A DNA stretch of 32,000 nt, taken from NCBI GenBank assembly GCA_021498095.1, contig JAIZWK010000001.1, positions 2,130,001 through 2,162,000 on the forward strand. Reading direction: 5' to 3'. The translations under genes were made by a program, and so were the position numbers. Source of the DNA: Candidatus Harpocratesius repetitus (lineage in GTDB: Archaea; Asgardarchaeota; Lokiarchaeia; Sigyniarchaeales; Promethearchaeaceae). This document shows positions 27,415 to 32,000 of the stretch, piece after piece (the first letter of the stretch is position 1; each line of letters begins with the position of its first letter). A model generated the notes under the pieces. That model saw nothing but the letters and a program-made list of their open reading frames with translations. It did no database searches and had not been told where the DNA came from.

Positions 27415-28284
27415 GATATCAACTCATTTTTATTAATTTAATTATAATCTCTCGTTAAGAAAGATTTTCAGTTGAAATATATTTGTGCTGAATTATAAAA
27501 AATTCCATTTTTCTTGGTTTTACCCAGTTTAACTAAAATGGAGGTATTACTTGTAAGCTATAAAAGAAATTCGATTATTTAAGTCTTTCAAAAATTGGAA
27601 ATTTTGATTTTCATTTATATCTCAATTTTATGATTTTAATAATTTAAGAAAGAAAACCTTTCCAATCCAAAATTTTTTGGATTTTCATTATATATCCTGA
27701 AATTAAGCTTTTGATTTATTATTATTTTCAAATACGAAAGATAGTAATATCCAAAAAAGTTTCAATAAAAATAATTTGTTATGATGTAATTTCTAAAGAT
27801 TTCAACGTATTCCAATAGAAATTTATTTATCTACTATTAATCAGAAAAAACATCAAATTTTGATTTAAAATTTTAAAAAATTGAAAACTTGTTTTCAAAA
27901 ATTTCTTTACTTATTTCTGGAAAAATTTTAAATAAGATTTATTTCTCAAATATTTATATTAAAATTTTTCAAGATATTTAAACCATTTCAATCAATATTA
28001 AATCTTTAATTTATTATTGGCCCGAATTTAGAGCGTATCTTTCTTAGTATTCTGGAATAATTTGTTATTTTAGAGATAAATACGTGGTAAATTATTAAAT
28101 ATAAAAAAAAAAGAATAATAAAATTTGAATTTTTCAGGTGAACCTTATTGTTTTTATTAAGATCTTAGATATAGATAAAACGAAATTTTTAAATAGGTTT
28201 AATACTAATTATTAAAATGTTCCTTGATTTTTTAATAAAAATTCTTTATTAAAAATTAAGGAAACGAAATTATATGTGATTGTT
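27415..28284. promoter_or_regulatory. Very AT-rich divergent intergenic region between the transporter operon and dppA
   Basis: About 870 bp with no ORF in the track, flanked by divergent genes. Contains short inverted repeats. Individual promoters were not resolved. Confidence 0.5.
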
Positions 28285-30096
28285 ATGAAAAAAGGAAGCA
28301 TTTATGTCTTATTAGCAGTCTTGATGATAAGCGCTTTTGCTACCGCCCCTGCCGCAGTATTTGCTGCAGAAGATACTGATACCATGAACTATGGTGTTGG
28401 TTCTTTGGTGGTCGATTTAGACCCCCAAATGGCATGGGACAGCGCTTCAATTGATGTTATTGATCAAGTCTGTGAAGGATTGTTTGGCTATAATTTAAGC
28501 GATCCTAACTTAGCCATTATTCCAGTTCTTGCTGAAAGTTTAGGAACTTGGAATGCTGACGCCACTGAATATACTGTCACCTTAAAAGAAGGTATTACCT
28601 TCCACGATGATACTGCTTTTGATGCAAATGATGTCAAATTCACTTTTGACCGATTGAACTATTTAATCGAAAATGAAATGACTCAGATTGCTGAATTATA
28701 TGAACCTTTAGCTTCTCTTTACCCAGGTACTCCACTACTTATCAACGAAACTGAAGTTGTTGATAGTAAGACCGTTAAATTCCACTTAAACTACCCATAT
28801 GTGCCTTTTGTGCCTTTATTATGTTTCAGTGGTTCTTACATTTTACCTGATGGTGGTTCTATTCCTGCTGAAGAATTATTAGATACTGCAACTGATACTT
28901 TAGTTGGAACCGGTCCATATAAATACATTGAAACAACTGATGAATACACTAAATTAACCTATTTTGCTGACTGGCATGGTGAACGTCCAGATCGATACAT
29001 GAAAAACATCGTGTTCTTATATTACAGCGATGGAACTGCAAAAAGTCAAGCTTTCCTTGCTGGAGACTTAGATTGGGTTGATGGTTCTTTACCAGAATTC
29101 TTACCTCAATTTGAAGCTTCCGACCAATTTGTTGTTGGTGAACAACGACGAAGCACTATTATCCTTTACATGGGTATGAACAACAAAGTTATCAACAAAA
29201 CAATGCGACAAGCTATCAGCTATGCCTTCGATTACGATTATGTTATCGATAACTTAGCATTAGGCAATGCCGCTCGATTAACCTCACCAGTACCAGAAGG
29301 TATCATGTATCACAATCCTGACATTGATTATCCTACCTATAATGTAACCCATGCTCGACAAATCTTGATCGATGCTGGTATCGTTAATGGTTCTGCTTAT
29401 GCACCAGACGATGATTTTGCCTGGTATACTTTAGCTACTGAGAGTCCAATTGCAACCTATAATTACACCTGGAACTCTGGAAATGAATTCCGAGCTGATT
29501 TAGGTGTTTTATGTGCTGATAACCTCAAGAAAATTGGTATTATTGTTACTTTTAATCCTATCACTTGGGGTGAATACTTACACTTATTATTTGTTGAACC
29601 TTGGAAATTAGAATTGTACATGTTAGGTTGGGGACCTGATTACAATGACCCAAGCAACTATATTAACCCATTGTTCTCACCAACTTCTTCATCAAATGGT
29701 GCTCAAGTAGACGATCCTACCTTGAATAATTTGATGAACGATGGTTTAACCGAAACAGATCCAGATGAACGACGTGATATCTATTACGAAATTCAACGAT
29801 ACATTGTTGAAGATTTAATGCCATGGGTATTCTTATATGTGCCTTTAAGCCGAGGTGTCCGAAGCATTTATGTTGATGGAATCCAACGCAACCCAATGGG
29901 TAAATTATACTTCGCAACAATGTACTGGACCGATGGTGTAGTTGCTACCGATGATACAACAAGTGATGATACAGCAAGTGACGATACAGCCACTGATGAT
30001 GATACATCAACTGGTGGTATTCCAGGATATTCCTTCCTTGGCTTACTCGGTGCTGCTGCTATTGCATTAGGTGTTATTTATAAAAAACGAAAGTAA
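28285..30096 (+). CDS. dppA: Peptide ABC transporter substrate-binding protein (family 5, DppA/OppA-like) with signal peptide, acidic linker and Loki-CTERM-like anchor
   Basis: MKK plus hydrophobic signal, DLDP, EGLFGY, LKEGITFHD, GTGPYK, RQAISYAFD, GWGPDYNDP. C-terminus GGIPGY + TM + KKRK. Start moved from GTG 28276 to ATG 28285. Confidence 0.92.
   Translation: MKKGSIYVLLAVLMISAFATAPAAVFAAEDTDTMNYGVGSLVVDLDPQMAWDSASIDVIDQVCEGLFGYNLSDPNLAIIPVLAESLGTWNADATEYTVTLKEGITFHDDTAFDANDVKFTFDRLNYLIENEMTQIAELYEPLASLYPGTPLLINETEVVDSKTVKFHLNYPYVPFVPLLCFSGSYILPDGGSIPAEELLDTATDTLVGTGPYKYIETTDEYTKLTYFADWHGERPDRYMKNIVFLYYSDGTAKSQAFLAGDLDWVDGSLPEFLPQFEASDQFVVGEQRRSTIILYMGMNNKVINKTMRQAISYAFDYDYVIDNLALGNAARLTSPVPEGIMYHNPDIDYPTYNVTHARQILIDAGIVNGSAYAPDDDFAWYTLATESPIATYNYTWNSGNEFRADLGVLCADNLKKIGIIVTFNPITWGEYLHLLFVEPWKLELYMLGWGPDYNDPSNYINPLFSPTSSSNGAQVDDPTLNNLMNDGLTETDPDERRDIYYEIQRYIVEDLMPWVFLYVPLSRGVRSIYVDGIQRNPMGKLYFATMYWTDGVVATDDTTSDDTASDDTATDDDTSTGGIPGYSFLGLLGAAAIALGVIYKKRK
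29950..30009 (+). repeat. Degenerate 15-bp coding repeat (DDTTS/DDTAS/DDTAT/DDDTS linker)
   Basis: GATGATACAACAAGT, GATGATACAGCAAGT, GACGATACAGCCACT, GATGATGATACATCA in tandem. Confidence 0.75.
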
Positions 30097-30132
30097 TTTA
30101 CGCTATTATAAATAAAAACTATTGCAAAAGTC

Positions 30133-30164
30133 GATGACTTTATGTCATCACATTTTTTTTTCTT
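30133..30164 (+). terminator. Hairpin plus T-tract terminator after dppA
   Basis: GATGAC-tttat-GTCATC (6-bp stem) followed by a long T run, 36 nt after the dppA stop. Confidence 0.6.
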
Positions 30165-31630
30165 CAGTCTTTAAGGTTATGTTCTAAACTTCAAAGAACA
30201 ACCTCCTTTTTTCTTTTTGTAAAAACCACACATTTTCTTTAGTATTTTCAAGCATCTCCCTCTCGATCACCTCAGTTATGCTTGATTGATAAACATTTAA
30301 ACTCGTTTCCCATAATTTAGTGTGACATTTGATTTGTTGTTTGCGGTAAAATTGCCAACAGTTAAAAATATATGCTCTCAGATATATCTGAGCTAATTGT
30401 GGGAAGGGATAGTGATTTCGGAATGATTCATGGATAGAATTAAGCATGCGAAATCCAGTTTCTTCGAACCATCTTTTTTTATAAGTTCTGGAGAGCCAGC
30501 GGCTCCATCGAGCTAAATTCTTTCGAGGATGAAGAGTGGTAAAAAAACCTTCAATTTCTTCAACCGCTTCATCAAGCGCAAGTTTTTTTCTGCGGAATTG
30601 CTCACGAACCTGCAAAGCTGATTTACTTCGATGTGCAGTTAATACTAAATTCACATAAACGGAGCTCGGCCAAGGTTTGGTCTTTGGACTCTGTGCGAAC
30701 AGATATTTTTCACATAATCCCTTTTTACCATACAAAAATTCCTTGAAAAGCCTCTTAACTTTATGGAATTTTTTAGCAGGAATTAAAACGGGAAGTTTTT
30801 GATCTTTTAATTCTTTGATAAGCGAAGCGCGGTAGAATTCGCGGTCCATTAGCGCATAACTGAGGTTAAATCCTTGAAATTTGAGCCATTTTGCGGAAAG
30901 TCCAATATGTTTTGCACGGTATTGTTTGTGGCGAAGGAGTCGGAATTCTGAAAACAGAGTCATACCACATCCTTGAATTGCTATGCCTTGAAACAAACGG
31001 GCTTTACGAGTTCCCGGTTGTTTATGAGTTCCAACTTCAAAAGGCGGTCTAGGTTTTCTATAGTACGGATACTCTGTGTTGTCGACCAGCAACCGCATTT
31101 TTGACCCACCAATCGAATGACTTCGAATTTTTTGATTCACATGGTTTAAAAGGTTTCCGAAGATAAAGTGAATATCTTTCTCAGATAATAGCCTAAAGAA
31201 TTTATCAACATCAGTCTGATGAGGGACTAACCGTCTCTTACGAACTCCATCGCGAAAGTCCTTCAATTTAAGATTAAATTTCTTTCGGTAGTGCTTAGAA
31301 AGTTTTTGTTAAGATAATTTGAAGCATATTCGATGGATTTCTTGCTGGCTAAAGCGTATAGTTTGACTAAAATGAAATCACAATAGGTATACAGTCTTGG
31401 ACGAAATTTCTGAGCGATTTCCGATCGACCCACCAACTTGTTAACATAAGATTTAAATTCTTCACGGAGAAATAAATTTATAGGGAAAGGTGGGAGGGAC
31501 GATTGGGGAATCGTCGTTTCTGTAAAAGAACTCATAATCTATCAAATAAATTTTCTCCTTTCCCTTCAAAACTGTTTCGGTCTTCGCTTATTGTCGTATT
31601 GATTCGTTTAGATTATAACCTTGAAGACTG
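30165..31630 (-). mobile_element. Insertion sequence, 1466 bp, DDE transposase of the IS4-like group (possibly ISH3-like)
   Basis: 25-bp imperfect TIRs with 22/25 matches: left CAGTCTTTAAGGTTATGTTCTAAAC (30165-30189), right reverse complement CAGTCTTCAAGGTTATAATCTAAAC (31606-31630). Flanked by direct repeat TTTCTT (30159-30164 and 31631-31636). Confidence 0.93.
30184..31535 (-). pseudogene. Transposase split into two ORFs by a one-base frameshift (about 450 aa if rejoined)
   Basis: Catalytic motifs LLVDNTE, LMDREF and YKKRWFEETGFR lie in ORF 30184-31266. The upstream 90-aa ORF overlaps it, and the downstream frame is open from 31308 (QKLSKHYRKKFNLKLKDF). Confidence 0.8.
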
Positions 31631-31711
31631 TTTCTTCTTAAAATAAAGAATTTTTCTGTTAACAAGAGGGTTTTTGTAGAGAGAAAGGAAAAAAATAAAA
31701 GAAACAAAAAA

Positions 31712-32000
31712 TCATTCATTAGGGATTTCAGTATCAATTTTATTTTTGATCTTATTAATCATTTCATCTATATTGTCTTTAGGTCCAAAAATATAAATTC
31801 TGACACCAGGACCGGTTCCTGACGGCCGAAAATAAATATCCGTTTTTGGATTATATAAATGAATTATTGCTGTTCGACCATTTACTTCAGAAAAACATGA
31901 AATTGTTAGTTTGTCTTCATCGATTTTATAGATTTGATCAATTTTTGAGTTGAAATTTTCAACAATTCGTAATTTACGCTGATCATTGGCTGATATCATG
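31712..32000 (-). CDS. Phosphoglucomutase/phosphomannomutase family protein, C-terminal domain only; gene starts beyond the window
   Basis: IYFRPSGTGPGVRIYI resembles the domain-4 RxSGTEPxxRxY motif. The ORF abuts the window edge. Confidence 0.7.
   Translation of the reverse strand, partial: MISANDQRKLRIVENFNSKIDQIYKIDEDKLTISCFSEVNGRTAIIHLYNPKTDIYFRPSGTGPGVRIYIFGPKDNIDEMINKIKNKIDTEIPNE

Noticed and set aside
22272-29920. ORFs 22272-22502(-), 24557-24790, 25412-25729, 26311-26532(+), 29717-29920(-)
   Set aside because: Overlap dpp genes in alternative or antisense frames, with no independent signal.
1-32000. tRNA, rRNA or other structured RNA genes
   Set aside because: All intergenic gaps are very AT-rich, with no cloverleaf, T-loop GTTCRA context or GC-rich stems seen.

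Overview
AT-rich (roughly 30% GC by eye) archaeal chromosomal window, most likely from an Asgard archaeon of the Lokiarchaeia type. This is inferred from a Loki-CTERM-like IPGY anchor on the peptide-binding protein, several longin/uDENN- and roadblock-like proteins, and a longin-fused Arf-like small GTPase. Housekeeping and metabolic genes: a partial mutM at the left edge (missed by the ORF track), PadR regulator, D-glutamate-cyclase-like protein, trxB, nadA, a Dpp/Opp peptide ABC system, and a partial phosphohexomutase at the right edge. A complete 1466-bp DDE insertion sequence (25-bp TIRs, 6-bp TSD, frameshifted transposase) sits in the terminator after dppA. The most interesting content is eukaryote-signature-like. 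(i) A 5.4-kb cluster at 15.8-21.2 kb encodes two longin-like proteins, a long coiled coil with 29-residue periodicity and a C-terminal winged helix, a roadblock protein, and a longin-GTPase-helical-polyproline-SHOCT-like fusion carrying a 12x30-bp coding tandem repeat. (ii) An MFS transporter has a cytoplasmic tail that looks like two tandem MIT domains. Also present are an NPRL2/uDENN-like longin-wHTH protein, a RapA-like SNF2 ATPase, and a GH20-derived protein lacking its catalytic barrel. No rRNA, tRNA or CRISPR array was seen. All domain calls come from motif recognition by eye, not from database searches.
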